DNA of 64,000 nt, taken from positions 1 through 64,000 of the forward strand of contig PS015187.1 in the NCBI GenBank assembly GCA_048213135.1. The letters run 5' to 3'. Origin of the DNA: Reclinomonas americana ATCC 50394 (lineage: Eukaryota). The notes under the pieces are model-generated. The model worked only from the letters and a program-made list of their open reading frames with translations, made no database searches and was not told where the DNA came from. Below are positions 24,503 through 36,500 of this stretch, in pieces (the stretch's first letter is position 1; each line of letters begins with the position of its first letter). The position numbers and the translations under genes are program-made.

Positions 24503-27500
24503 ATGGGCGCCACTCAAAGCACCACTCACCCCCTGTCCTCCCGCCCTCACCGCTCCCACTCCACACACAACGACCCTCGCCTGCACACTCCACACTCCTC
24601 CACATGGACCACACGCTCGCGAAGTCACACAACATCAGTGCCAAAGAGGAAGGAAAAGAAGGACAAGCCACACGATGCAGAGGACGCCGCGTTGCTGGTG
24701 TTGTTAGTCGGCGAAGTTCCGTTGTTTGAGGCACTGGAGGAGCCGACGTTGCGTAAGAGAGAGAGAGAATGCAATCAATGTGATGATTGCGTGTTCGATA
24801 TTTTCTTCTTATGATTTTTTGTTGTTTTTTTTTTGTTTGAAAAGGCGACCGGCGCCGGCTTCTGTGCCTGTGTGTGGTGGATGCGGCAAGTCGTTTGCTG
24901 TGTTTGTGCGAGGACGAGTTGCGGTCGATGTTTCTTCTTTCATTTCTCAGTTGATCTTCTTTTCTTGTACCTTTTGCCTCTGTCGTTGCTCTTCTCTCTC
25001 CCTCTGCGCCCACTGTTCCCTCCTTTCCCTCTCTTCATTGTCTTCTGTCTTCTTCTCCTCTCTCCTCCTCGCTCTCAATCTCTCCGCGCTCTCGCTCGCT
25101 GGCGTTCTTTCCCTCCTTGAACTTCCCTCCCCCTTCTCATTCCACTTCTTCTCTCTCTCTCAATCTCTGTGTGCTGTCTTCTGCATCTCTTCCTTCCTTC
25201 GCGCTTGTCTTCCCCCTTCTCTTTCCTCTTGTCTTCCACCTCTCCTCTTCGCGCCCACTCTCTCTTCCTCACTCTCATTCTCTCTTCCTCACTCTCTGTC
25301 TCTCTTCCTCGGTCTCGATCCTCCTCGCTCTTTCTGTCTCCTCTCTTCCTCCCTCCCTTAAGCTTCTCTTCTCCCCTTCTCCTTCTCTCCCCCTTTGCTC
25401 TTCCCCTTCTCTTCCCCTTCTCTTCCCCCTTCTCTCCCCCTTCTCTTCCCCCTGTCTCCCCCTTCCGTCTTCCCCCCTTCGTCTTTCCCCCTTCGTCTTC
25501 CCCCTTCCGTCTTCCCCCTTCCGTCTTCCCCCTTCCGTCTTCCCCCTTCCGTCTTCCCCTTCTCTTTCCCCANNNNNNNNNNNNNNNNNNNNNNNNNNNN
25601 NNNNNNNNNNNNNNNNNNNNNNNNNNNNNNNNNNNNNNNNNNNNNNNNNNNNNNNNNNNNNNNNNNNNNNNNNNNNNNNNNNNNNNNNNNNNNNNNNNNN
25701 NNNNNNNNNNNNNNNNNNNNNNNNNNNNNNNNNNNNNNNNNNNNNNNNNNNNNNNNNNNNNNNNNNNNNNNNNNNNNNNNNNNNNNNNNNNNNNNNNNNN
25801 NNNNNNNNNNNNNNNNNNNNNNNNNNNNNNNNNNNNNNNNNNNNNNNNNNNNNNNNNNNNNNNNNNNNNNNNNNNNNNNNNNNNNNNNNNNNNNNNNNNN
25901 NNNNNNNNNNNNNNNNNNNNNNNNNNNNNNNNNNNNNNNNNNNNNNNNNNNNNNNNNNNNNNNNNNNNNNNNNNNNNNNNNNNNNNNNNNNNNNNNNNNN
26001 NNNNNNNNNNNNNNNNNNNNNNNNNNNNNNNNNNNNNNNNNNNNNNNNNNNNNNNNNNNNNNNNNNNNNNNNNNNNNNNNNNNNNNNNNNNNNNNNNNNN
26101 NNNNNNNNNNNNNNNNNNNNNNNNNNNNNNNNNNNNNNNNNNNNNNNNNNNNNNNNNNNNNNNNNNNNNNNNNNNNNNNNNNNNNNNNNNNNNNNNNNNN
26201 NNNNNNNNNNNNNNNNNNNNNNNNNNNNNNNNNNNNNNNNNNNNNNNNNNNNNNNNNNNNNNNNNNNNNNNNNNNNNNNNNNNNNNNNNNNNNNNNNNNN
26301 NNNNNNNNNNNNNNNNNNNNNNNNNNNNNNNNNNNNNNNNNNNNNNNNNNNNNNNNNNNNNNNNNNNNNNNNNNNNNNNNNNNNNNNNNNNNNNNNNNNN
26401 NNNNNNNNNNNNNNNNNNNNNNNNNNNNNNNNNNNNNNNNNNNNNNNCCCCTTCTCCTCTCCCCCTTCTCTTTCCCCTTCTCCTTCCCCCTCTCACCTTC
26501 CCCCTCCCCCTGCAGCGCCACTGCAAACGCTGCGGCAACCCGGTCTGCTCCGACTGCTCCCGCCAACGACGCGTCATTTTCCGCATGCTCTCCGTCTACC
26601 GCGACGTGCCACAACGATTATGCGAGTCGTGCGGTGCGCACCTCTCTCTCCCCCTTCTCCAATCACTCTCCATTCCTTGACTGTTGGATCGTTGTAGCCG
26701 CCCTGTGCAAGCGCGACAACGAGTTCATCCAGTCGATGCACAGCGATCAGTACGGCATTCGCCTGCGAGTGGCGCTCTTTGATCACATTCTCCCCGCGCT
26801 TCATCGGCGACTGGAGCAGCTGGTGCCAGCGTTCCTGTCGGTCGTGCGGAGCGAGGGTTTCGAAGTGGCGGGTTTTTGCGGGAACGGCGGGTGGAGGTGG
26901 GTCTTCTATCAAGAGACTTCCCCTCTCCTTTCACTTTCACTTCCTCACTTGCCCCTTTCCCCCCAATCAAGGTACCGGCTGCCCACCTCCTCCTCCCGCC
27001 ACGAAATCTCCGTCCTCCCACGCTCCGCCAGATCTCTGGACCGTCGCACCGCTACCGCCCTCCACAATCTCTTCCACCCCGACCACCCGCGCGCCTCCGG
27101 CTGCGACATTTCTCTGGCGCGCAATCTCCTTCGTTTCGCGTGTTATTGGCTGCCGTCGCGCATTCAGGCGGCGGGTGCGCGCCCACCGGATGTGTTTGAG
27201 GTGGATGTGCAGGGGTCGGACGCGGTGGTGATGCTGGAGCGGAGTGCGGATGTCGTTGTGTGCTGGGAGAGGGGAGGGAGGGAGGGAGCGATAAAGAAAG
27301 AAAGGAGCAGAACGTGAGAGAAGAGCTCTTCTCTCATTCCTTCCTTCGCCGCAGCGCCGCGCGGTCGAGGAAATCTACGTGCTGCGCAACGAGACCGCCG
27401 GCCACACCCACGAATTCAGCATGACATACCAGGGCTTTCGACGGGTGATGGATGGACTGCTGCTGGCCGCCACTCTTTTCGACGAGGCGTGTGTCGTGGG

Positions 27501-30500
27501 CGTGCGCAGCTGTGCAGAGAGTTGCGTCTCGTGGAGAGAAGGCTGTGAGGGCCTTTCATTACCCCCTCTCGTATCTCTTTGCAACCTCTTTCTGTAGCTC
27601 TGATTCTCTTTCCCTCTCACGCCACCCTCTCCTTTTTCTCGCTCTTTCGCGCTCGCTTCACTCCTATCTTCCTTATTATCTGCATCTGCGTTGCAATTGT
27701 CTCGCTTCCCTGCCTCTTTCTCTCTTTTGTTTCCCGTCCTCTTTCTTGCAACTGCGTGTCCGTCTCTGCCCTCCCATCCCAGTCCCGCTTGTATGTCGAT
27801 TCACTTGCGCAGTGCAGCTCTCTCATTGTCATGCAAGATCGGCAGTTCTCTGCCTCTCGCTTGAACTCTCGTCTGCCCTCCATCTCATCGCGTCTTGTCT
27901 CATCCCCAGTGCATCTCCCTCCCACTCACTCCGCTACATCTCTTTGCCTTCTCCTGCCCTCACCCTTTTCCCTTCTCAGAACCCCTCGTCACCATCCTTC
28001 AAAACCTCGACTCGCACCTACAACACTTTGGCCAGCAGCAGAGCGTGCGCCTGCGCTCTGCCTTTGCCGTCACCTTCAGCACGCTCGTGCGTCAGTGTAC
28101 ACCATGGGCACCGCAGACATCATCAATACCGCCGCCATCCGTGGACCTCGCGCACCAATTCGACTCGTTCATCTCCTCCTCCACGCACGACGTCATGCTG
28201 CTGCTGGGATCCGCCGGCACCGGCAAGTCCTCCATCCTCGCCGCCCTCGCCATTCGCGCCTGCGAGGCGTGGCTGGAGAAGGCGCCCAACTCGCGCCTGC
28301 CCATTCACATCAACATTGCGGCGCTCACCGACCCGCGTCACGGCCTCTTGTTGGAGACACTGCAGATGGCGAATCCGGAATTCTGCGAGGCCGACCTGAC
28401 ATGGATGTGTCGCATCCCACTGCTGCTGTTGGTCGACGACTATCACCTGCTGCCGGAGGATGTGAATTTGTTTGCGTCAAACAAGGTGTGGTGCGCGTGG
28501 GAAAGGGTGTCTTTCTCGGGTCTCTCGCCACCATTCTGTTTCATCCTGCACTCACTCTCTCTTCCATGGCTCTGTTTCTTTCTTCGTCATATTGCGGGGT
28601 TTGGTGGCAAACTACGTGTGCTTGCTAGTGGTGCCCGTTTTTCTTCTTCTTCTTCTTGTACTCCTTTGACTACCACACTCTTCTTCTGTCCAGTTCCGCT
28701 CTCTCACACAGTTCCTCGTCGTGGGCGAGTGTGACACTCTTTCTCTTTCTTCTTCTTCTTCTTTCCTTCTTCTCCTCCTTCTCGTTCTTCTTCTCCTTAC
28801 TCTCTTTCCTTTTTCATGTCCTCCTCTTCCTCTCTCCTCCTCCTCATTATCCTCCTGCACCTCCCCTCGTCCTTCTTCTTTTTCTTGTTTCTCTTCTTCC
28901 TCTCCCTCTCTTCTTGTTCCTGACCTTGTACTTGTCGTTCCCCCTGTTCTCCTCTCCTTGGTGTTCTTCTTCTTCTTCTTCTTCTTCTTCTACTTCTTCT
29001 TCTTCTTCTTTTCGTTCTTCTTCTTCTTCTTCTTCTTCTTCTTCTTCTTCTTCTTCTTCTTCTCCTTCTCACTTTCCTTCTTCATGTCCTCCTCTCCCTC
29101 TCTCCTTTTCCTCCTTATCCTCATGCACCTCCTCCTCGCCCTCTTCTCCTCCCCCTCCTCCTTCTTCTTCAACTTCTTTCCTTCTTCTCTTCCTCCTCGT
29201 CGTCTTCTTCTCCTCCTCCTTCTTCTCCTTCTTCTTCCTCTCGCTCTCTCATTCACTCACTCTATCTAGTCATGCCATCTTTGCCACGCACTCGACCAAC
29301 CAATGCATCGTTTCTGCCACCCTCACTGTATCGCTCGCTGTCTTCCTCGTCTTCTTCTCCGTCTGGTCACTCATCTGCACTCAACGATCAATCATAACTC
29401 TTCTTTCCTTCAGCGTTATCTTCATTCCCACCTCTGCTTCTCTCGTGTCTGCCTCTTCCCTTCTGTTTCACAGTTATTCTCACGCATTCTTCTCCCTTTC
29501 CCTTATCTCCCCCTTCCCCTCCCCCCAGCTCTTCCGCTACGGCGACATCAAAATGCTGCTCACCCTCCGCCCCGAACGCCTCTCCCGCATGGGCGACACC
29601 CCCCTCCTGTATTTCGCACCCCCGGCCAGCGCCGACTCGCCCTTTCTGCGTTTCGACGCCGTGCACCAACTGCGACTCGGTCCACTGGACTCAGACAGCG
29701 CCTCGCTATCTACCCTGCGCGTCATGATGCAGTCGGCCGAATTTGCGACGCACGACCTGCGCCTCCTGTCGACTCGTTGCGAGGACCGCCTGCGCGCTGC
29801 CGACGCACCCATGCGTCAGCTGTGTCGCATTTCCGCGGTGTTGCTGGAGTGGTTGCGGAGGGTGGCGGCCGGGCAGGGTGCGACGCAGACGTGGCGCACA
29901 CTGGCCGAGTGGTGGATCGAGCAGGAGACGGCACGACTGGCGCGTCCCGCCACTCGGCATTATTTGCCGACGGCCGCACAATGCCTGCGCTTCTGTCGCC
30001 ACATGGCGCTGTGCATGCAGCGACATGCGCAGACCAGCACCCTCGTGCACGTCAGTGCCTCGGACGAGTTGCCGACGGAGATTGCCGAGCATTTGCAGAG
30101 TTTCCGTGGACCGCCAGCCGCGCACCTGGACGACGTGCAGCCGTTCTTCAGTGACACGGCGACTGCGCGCCTGCTGCGCCGGTGCACGCCCCTGGTGCAG
30201 CTGGTTGGCCCGAACACGTGGTCGTTTGTCGGTGCCGATTTGGCGGGCGTGTTGGCCTCACTGCCCGTCGAGCCGAATGACACGTTGGAGAGGTTACGCA
30301 AGAGGGACAGAAGAGTGAGAGAGGGTGATGTTATGAAGTGAGTTTTGATTGTCAGTCAGCGCAGGTTATTCATGGAGATGCGAGGAGCTGAGCTTGTCGG
30401 TGAGGATTGCTTCCGCATTCACTGATGTGGCTTTTCATTTCATCTTTATCACTCCTTCTCCGCCCTGTCCTTTTGTTCACGACTGTCGCAGTGAATCTGC

Positions 30501-33500
30501 AACCGGTGACGTCGGTCGGCGACGAACTGCAGCACGAGGAGGAGGAGGAGGAGGACGTCGATGCAGTACCCTCTTCGCAAGCCTCGCAGCAGGAGTTAAG
30601 TGGCGCCATGCGGAAAGCGGATCACTACATTGCAACCTCACTCATTCTCCATGATCGCAGGAGGCACGCCTTGTCTGTTCAGTTGCAGCGCGCCATGGGC
30701 ACCGTGGTCCTCGGTGTGGTGCGGCAGTTGCTCGAATTCTGCTGGCCGCGGTTCATTGCGGTGGTCGGTGTGGAGGAGCCTCCGTTCCGCATTGACAAGC
30801 TGTGGGCCGACAAGAGTGATCCGCAGTTCTTTAGGTGCGTTCTTACTCGCACAGGGGTTTGCATGAGGGTTCACATGGTCTATCTCTCTCCCTCGCTGTT
30901 ACGCTGCTTGTCTCGCTCGCCGTATCGCTCCCTGACTCTCTCCCTGTCGCACCCCCTCTCTCGCGTTCTGTCTCGTTCCCGGTCTCGCTGCCTGTCTCGC
31001 TTCCTGCCTCACTTCCTGTCTCGTTCCCTGTCTCGCTCCCTGTCTCGCTCCCTGTCTCGCTCCCTGTCTCGCTCTCTGTTTCGCTCCCCGTCTCGCTCTC
31101 GTTTCGCTCCCCGTCTCGCTCCCTTTCTCACTCTCCGTTTCGTTGCTTGTGTCGCTCCCTGTCTCACTCCTCGTTTCGATCCCTTTCTCGTTCCCCGTTC
31201 TGTCCTTGTCTCGCTGCCCGTTCTGTTCCTTGTCTCGCTCCCTGTCTCGTTCTCAGTCTCGTTTTCTGCTCACTTTCTGTCTCGCTCCCTGTCCTGCTCC
31301 CTGTCTCGTTTTCTTCTCACCTCTTGTCTCGCTCCTTGTCTCGCTCTCTGTCTCGCTCCTCGCCTCGATCCCTTTCTCGCTCCCTATCTCGCTCCCTGTC
31401 TCGTTTTCTCTGTTATGGTGTCTCTCTCGCTTGTTTCATTGTTCTCGTCAACACACCCGCTGTCTTTATATTCTTGACTCCCGCCCTTCCTACACTCCCC
31501 TTCCCGCCCCCTTTCCCACTCCTTCCCCCTCACCCTCCCCCTTCGCCTCCCTCCCCGCTCCCCCCCCCCCCCCCCCCCAACGGTACGAATGCGACCACGG
31601 CCGCGCTCGCATCGACTCCTACTTTCAGCGAGAACACGTGAGCAAGTTTGCGCACACTGGCGTCGCCGCGGAATTGGACCTCAGCACCATGTGCACTCTC
31701 CTCACGCGCCTCTGCTATCGACTGCCGAGTCAAGACGCACTGTCGCGACAGCGTAGCCTCGTGCACAACATGCTGGGGGCGTCGACCGTGCACAGTGCGG
31801 CACTGCTGGTGCGCGGCTCGGTCGACCGCAATCGCAACTGGGACGTTGCCGCCGACCACGATGACGCATCGCTGGCGTTGCTGTTGCCACGACCCGCGGT
31901 GGTGAGTGGCTTCGAGATCTGTCTCTTTGACGGCTTGTCGTTGACCTCTTTTTTTGCGCAGCGCGAGGCCGTGGACACCATTCGACTCGTTCGAAACGAG
32001 TCGCAGCACTTTCTCACGCAGTCCGGTGTCGACAAGACGGTGTTTGAGGCGTTGAGCGCCCGCTTGGAGACGCAAGTGCGAGTCATTCACGAGTACCTTG
32101 GTGGTGTGGCGAGTTGCAATTGGGTGGATGAGCTGCGCGAGGCCATGTCGGTGGTGGCAGGTGGGGTGGAAGGGAAAGGGAAGAGGGAGGTCGTGAGGGG
32201 AGAGGGGAGAGGGGAGAGTTGAGAAATGGGAGAGATTCACTCATTTCGCTTGCCCGTTAGCTTGCTGCATTCTTTTCACTTAGTGAGAGCTTTCTTAACG
32301 TCGCCATGTCACAACAGAGGCAGGGAATGTGGTGCGAGTGAAGAGAAGCCGCGAAGAGAATGCAGCGCATAAAGTACGACGACGAGAGAGAGGGAAAGAG
32401 GGGCCATGGAAGTTACATGAGAGAGGCGACGAGTACGTGAGAACGAAAGGCGAAACTTGACCTGATGAAGAGGCATGATCAAGATGCTAACTTTCCCCTC
32501 CCTTTTTCCCCTCCCTCCCTCACTCCCCCTTCGCCCCTCCCCCAGTGGGCCTGCGCAACGTCCGCTCCCTCACTGAACGCCTCCACTCTGCCTGCCGACT
32601 GCAAGCCGCCATGATGGACGAAGACGCGCAACTCTGCAAGCTCCTGTCCTCCTTTGTCAACCTCGACTGCACACCCACGGCTGGCGACTCTGAGCGGCGA
32701 CTGGACCTGCTCTCTGAGGTTTTGTACAAGATCGAGAAATCCCTTTCTCTCCTCTTTGTCAAATCCCCTCACCTGTTTGTGCAGATGAAAGCCTTCGTTT
32801 CACACCCATCCGCCCGCGTGCTGCTGGTGATGGGCGAGAGCGGCGCCGGCAAGTCGCTCAGTTTGACCGTGTTTGCGCGCCAGCTGCTGACAACGGGCAA
32901 TCCGCTCGGACATCGCTTCGTGCTGCGAGTCACACTGTCGTCGTTGCGCAACGCCCGCGAGACGCTGCTGTTGGAGACGCTGCAGCATGTCGACGAGTCA
33001 TTCACAGCGGCCGATGTGGAGGCCATGCACAACATTCCGCTGTTGCTGCTGCTCGACGGTTACGACGAGCTGTATTCGCGTGTCAACTTGTATGAGAGCA
33101 ACCAGGTGAGATGGGAGAAGGGGAATAGAGCAGAGAGACGACCGTTATTACAGAGCGCTGTGTCACTTTCTTCTGTGGCAGCACATTCTCTCGTCTCGTG
33201 CTGATGAAGTTGGCACGAAAGGCACAACTGTCTGCACCGTTTGCTCACTTCACTTCTGCCTCTCTCCTCTTCCTTCTTCACCTTCTTCCTTTTTAATGCG
33301 GTTGCTCACACTCCACCTTCTCCCTCTCTTCTCTTCGCCTTCTCCGCCTTCTCCCTCCTTCTCCGCCTTCTCCGCCTTCTCCGCCTTCTCCGCCTTCTCC
33401 GCCTTCTCCGCCTTCTCCGCCTTCTCCGCCTTCTCCGCCTTCTCCGCCTTCTCCGCCTTCTCCGCCTTCTCCGCCTTCTCCGCCTTCTCCGCCTTCTCCG

Positions 33501-36500
33501 CCTTTTCCATCCCTTCTCCCTCCCTTCTCCCTCTCTTCTCCCTCCCTTCTCTCTCTCTCTTCTCCCTCTCTCTTCTCCCCTTCCCCCTCCTTCTCCCTCT
33601 CTTCTCCCTCTCCTCTCCCCTTCTCCCTCTCTTCTCCCTCTCCTCTCCCCTTCTCCCTCCTTCTCCCTCCTTCTCCCTCGTTCTCCCTCCTTCTCCCTCC
33701 TTCTCCCCCTTTCTCCCCCTTTCTCCCCCTTCCCCTTACCCCTTCCCCCTCACTTCCCCCTCACTTCCCCCTCACTTCCCCCTCACTTCCCCCTCACTTC
33801 CTCCTCCCTGCAGCTCTTCCACTTCACCAACCTCAAACTCATCATCACCTGCCGCACGGACTACGCCGGCCTCCTGGCGACATCATCAACCGCCGCCGGC
33901 CACTCGCACCTCGCATGCTTCGCCCCCGTGCCCCACCTCGGTGGCAAGCCGCAGGAGCACCTGGTCGTGGAGCGCTTCGTGGCGCCCTTTTCACCGGCGC
34001 AGATTCATCGCTACCTGCTGCAGCGGCAGAATACTGCGAGAGACGATGGCGACAATGACGATGACGAGCAAGGGGGTGGAGGTGACAAGCGACAGAGCCG
34101 TCGCCGAAAGCGAATGACGGTGGAGGTGAGCTTGGAGAGGCAGCTGGAGGCGGTGCCGGGACTGGCCGCACTCGTCACCACACCGTTCCTCCTCGCCTCG
34201 GTGGTGGACGTACTGCCGCAGCTGGTCTCCACGCCATGGCACCTGCAGGATGATGCTTCTGCTGCTGTTGGGAATATTGACTTGCGACCGCCGATGCACA
34301 AGGCGCAAGTGTTGGACTTGATTGTGGGTCAGTGGATTGAACGTGAGCGACAGCGGCAGGCGAAACTCGCACACATTCATGTGCCGAGTACGCGCGCCTG
34401 CTTGGAGTACTGTGAGGCACTGGCCGGCCTGATGCATCGTCGTGGACTGGTGCGCCTGTCGCTGCAGGAGGCAGAAGAGGAAGACGTGGATCGTGAATTT
34501 CGCGTGTTCTTCCACCACGAGCGATGCGTGCCACTACTGCAGTGCTGTCCGGTGGTGCAGCGTGCGGGAGCGTCGTCGTGGTTCTTCTTGCATCCGTCGC
34601 TGCAGGAGTACTTTGTGGCGCGCCAGGTGTTTGCGCTGGCCTCGTGGCCCGGCGACGACGCCATGACGCACGACGCGATGCGTGCACACATTCTCAATGC
34701 GCGGCCGCTGGCCGAGCATCCGTCGCTGTTGCGCCTGATCGGTCCGGTGGTGCGCCAAGATGCGGGTGGCCCGCTGCAGCGTCGCCTGTGGGATATGGTA
34801 TACGGCAGTCGAGTACCGGCGGCGCGCCTGCACGTGGCCTCGGTCAATGCCGCCACGATTCTGTGCGCCGCGCAAGTCTCATTCTCCCGTCGCGATTTGT
34901 CGTTTGTGGATTTGGCCGGCGCCGACTTGCAAGACGCCATCATGCACCGAACAGTGTTGCGTGGGGCCGACTTGCGCGGTGCAAACTTGTTTAGTGCGTT
35001 CTGTCGGGAGGCCGTGATGGTGGAGTGTGCGCTGTCCAACTCGTGCTTGCCGCGCCTTCCCCTGGCCGGTCACGCCGCCGTCGTGTGCTCGGTGGCGGTG
35101 GCGCCCGACGGCCGCCGTATTGTCAGCGGCAGCCTCGACGGCACTGTGCGTGTGTGGAATGCGGTGACGGGTGAAGAGTTGCGGCAGGTGTACGGTCACG
35201 CCGGTGCCGTGCACGCCGTGGCGGTGTCGAGCAGCGGGCGGGCGTTGGTGACGGGCTGCGTGGACAAGCGTGTGCGTGTATTTGTGCTCGACACGGCCGC
35301 CATTGTGCGCGTGTGGCACGGCCACGAGGACCCCGTGTTTGCCGTGGCGGTGTCGGTGTGTGAAAAGTACGTGGCCAGCGCGAGTGCCGAGTTTTTCGGT
35401 GGCGAGGAGGCACCGCTGCGCGTGTGGGCCGTGATCACTGGCGAAATGTTGTTTGCGCTCGAGGGACACACCAGTGGCGTCACCTCCGTGGCCTTTGCGC
35501 CTGACAGCCGGCGCGTGGTGAGCGGCAGCTGGGACCGCAGTGTGCGCGTGTGGTCGGTGGAGAGCGGCTTGCAGTTGTTGCAGTACGACGTGCACTCCGA
35601 CTACGTCATGTCGGTGGTGGTGACGCCGGACGGGCGGCACGTGCTGTCGGCCAGCTCCGACACCACGGTGGCCGTGGTGGCGCTGGAGAGTGGGGCATTG
35701 GTGCGCCGCCTGCAGGGCCACACCAAACCAGTGACGGCGGTGGCGCTCTCGCCCGACGCGCGTCTCATTGTGACCGGCGGCGATGACCGCTCGGTGCGCG
35801 TGTGGTCCGCCGAGACCGGCGACCAGCTGTACGAGCTCGACAGTCAGGCGCAGCATGTGCGCTCCATTGGTATGACGCTCGATCAGCAGTACGTGGTGAC
35901 CGCCGGCGGCGACGACAACCTCATTCGGCTCACGGGTGTGTCGGCCGACAACAAGGCGCGTCGTCTGGAGGGTCACACCGCCGCCGTGGTGGCCATGACG
36001 ACGGCCGCCGACGGTCGCTACATTGTCAGTGGCACGGCCGACGACAAGGTGCATGTGTGGCTCGCCAGCACGTGCGAGGAGGTGCGACAGTGGCGAGTGC
36101 CGGCGCACGGTCTCACCTCACTCGCGGTGACGGCGGACGCACGCTACGTCATCACGGGTGGCGCCACCGACAAGTCGGTGCGCGTGTGGTCCGTGTGGAG
36201 TGCCGAGGAGGCGCGCAGCGCGGTGCGACGGCACAAAAAGGCGGTGACGGCGGTGGCCTGCTGCGCCGACGGCCACGTGGTGGTGTCGTGCGCCGCCGAT
36301 GAGTGCCGCCTGCTGGTGTGGCACCACTTGCTCGACGACGACTCTCACGCATTGCGTCCGATCAAGGTGCGCGTCGACGGCGAGCGCTTCCTGGCGGTGG
36401 CGGTGTCGGCGGATGGCGTGCGGGTGGCGGCCTCGTGCACCGACGGCCGCGTATACATTTTCATGGCCGAGACGGGCGAGCAGAGTCGCGCGCTGCTGGC

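Noticed and set aside
33241-33813. LLRLLR/Pro-rich N-terminus of the 1235-aa ORF
   Set aside because: It is intron sequence (9-bp repeat plus pyrimidine tract) between the donor at 33106 and the acceptor at 33813.
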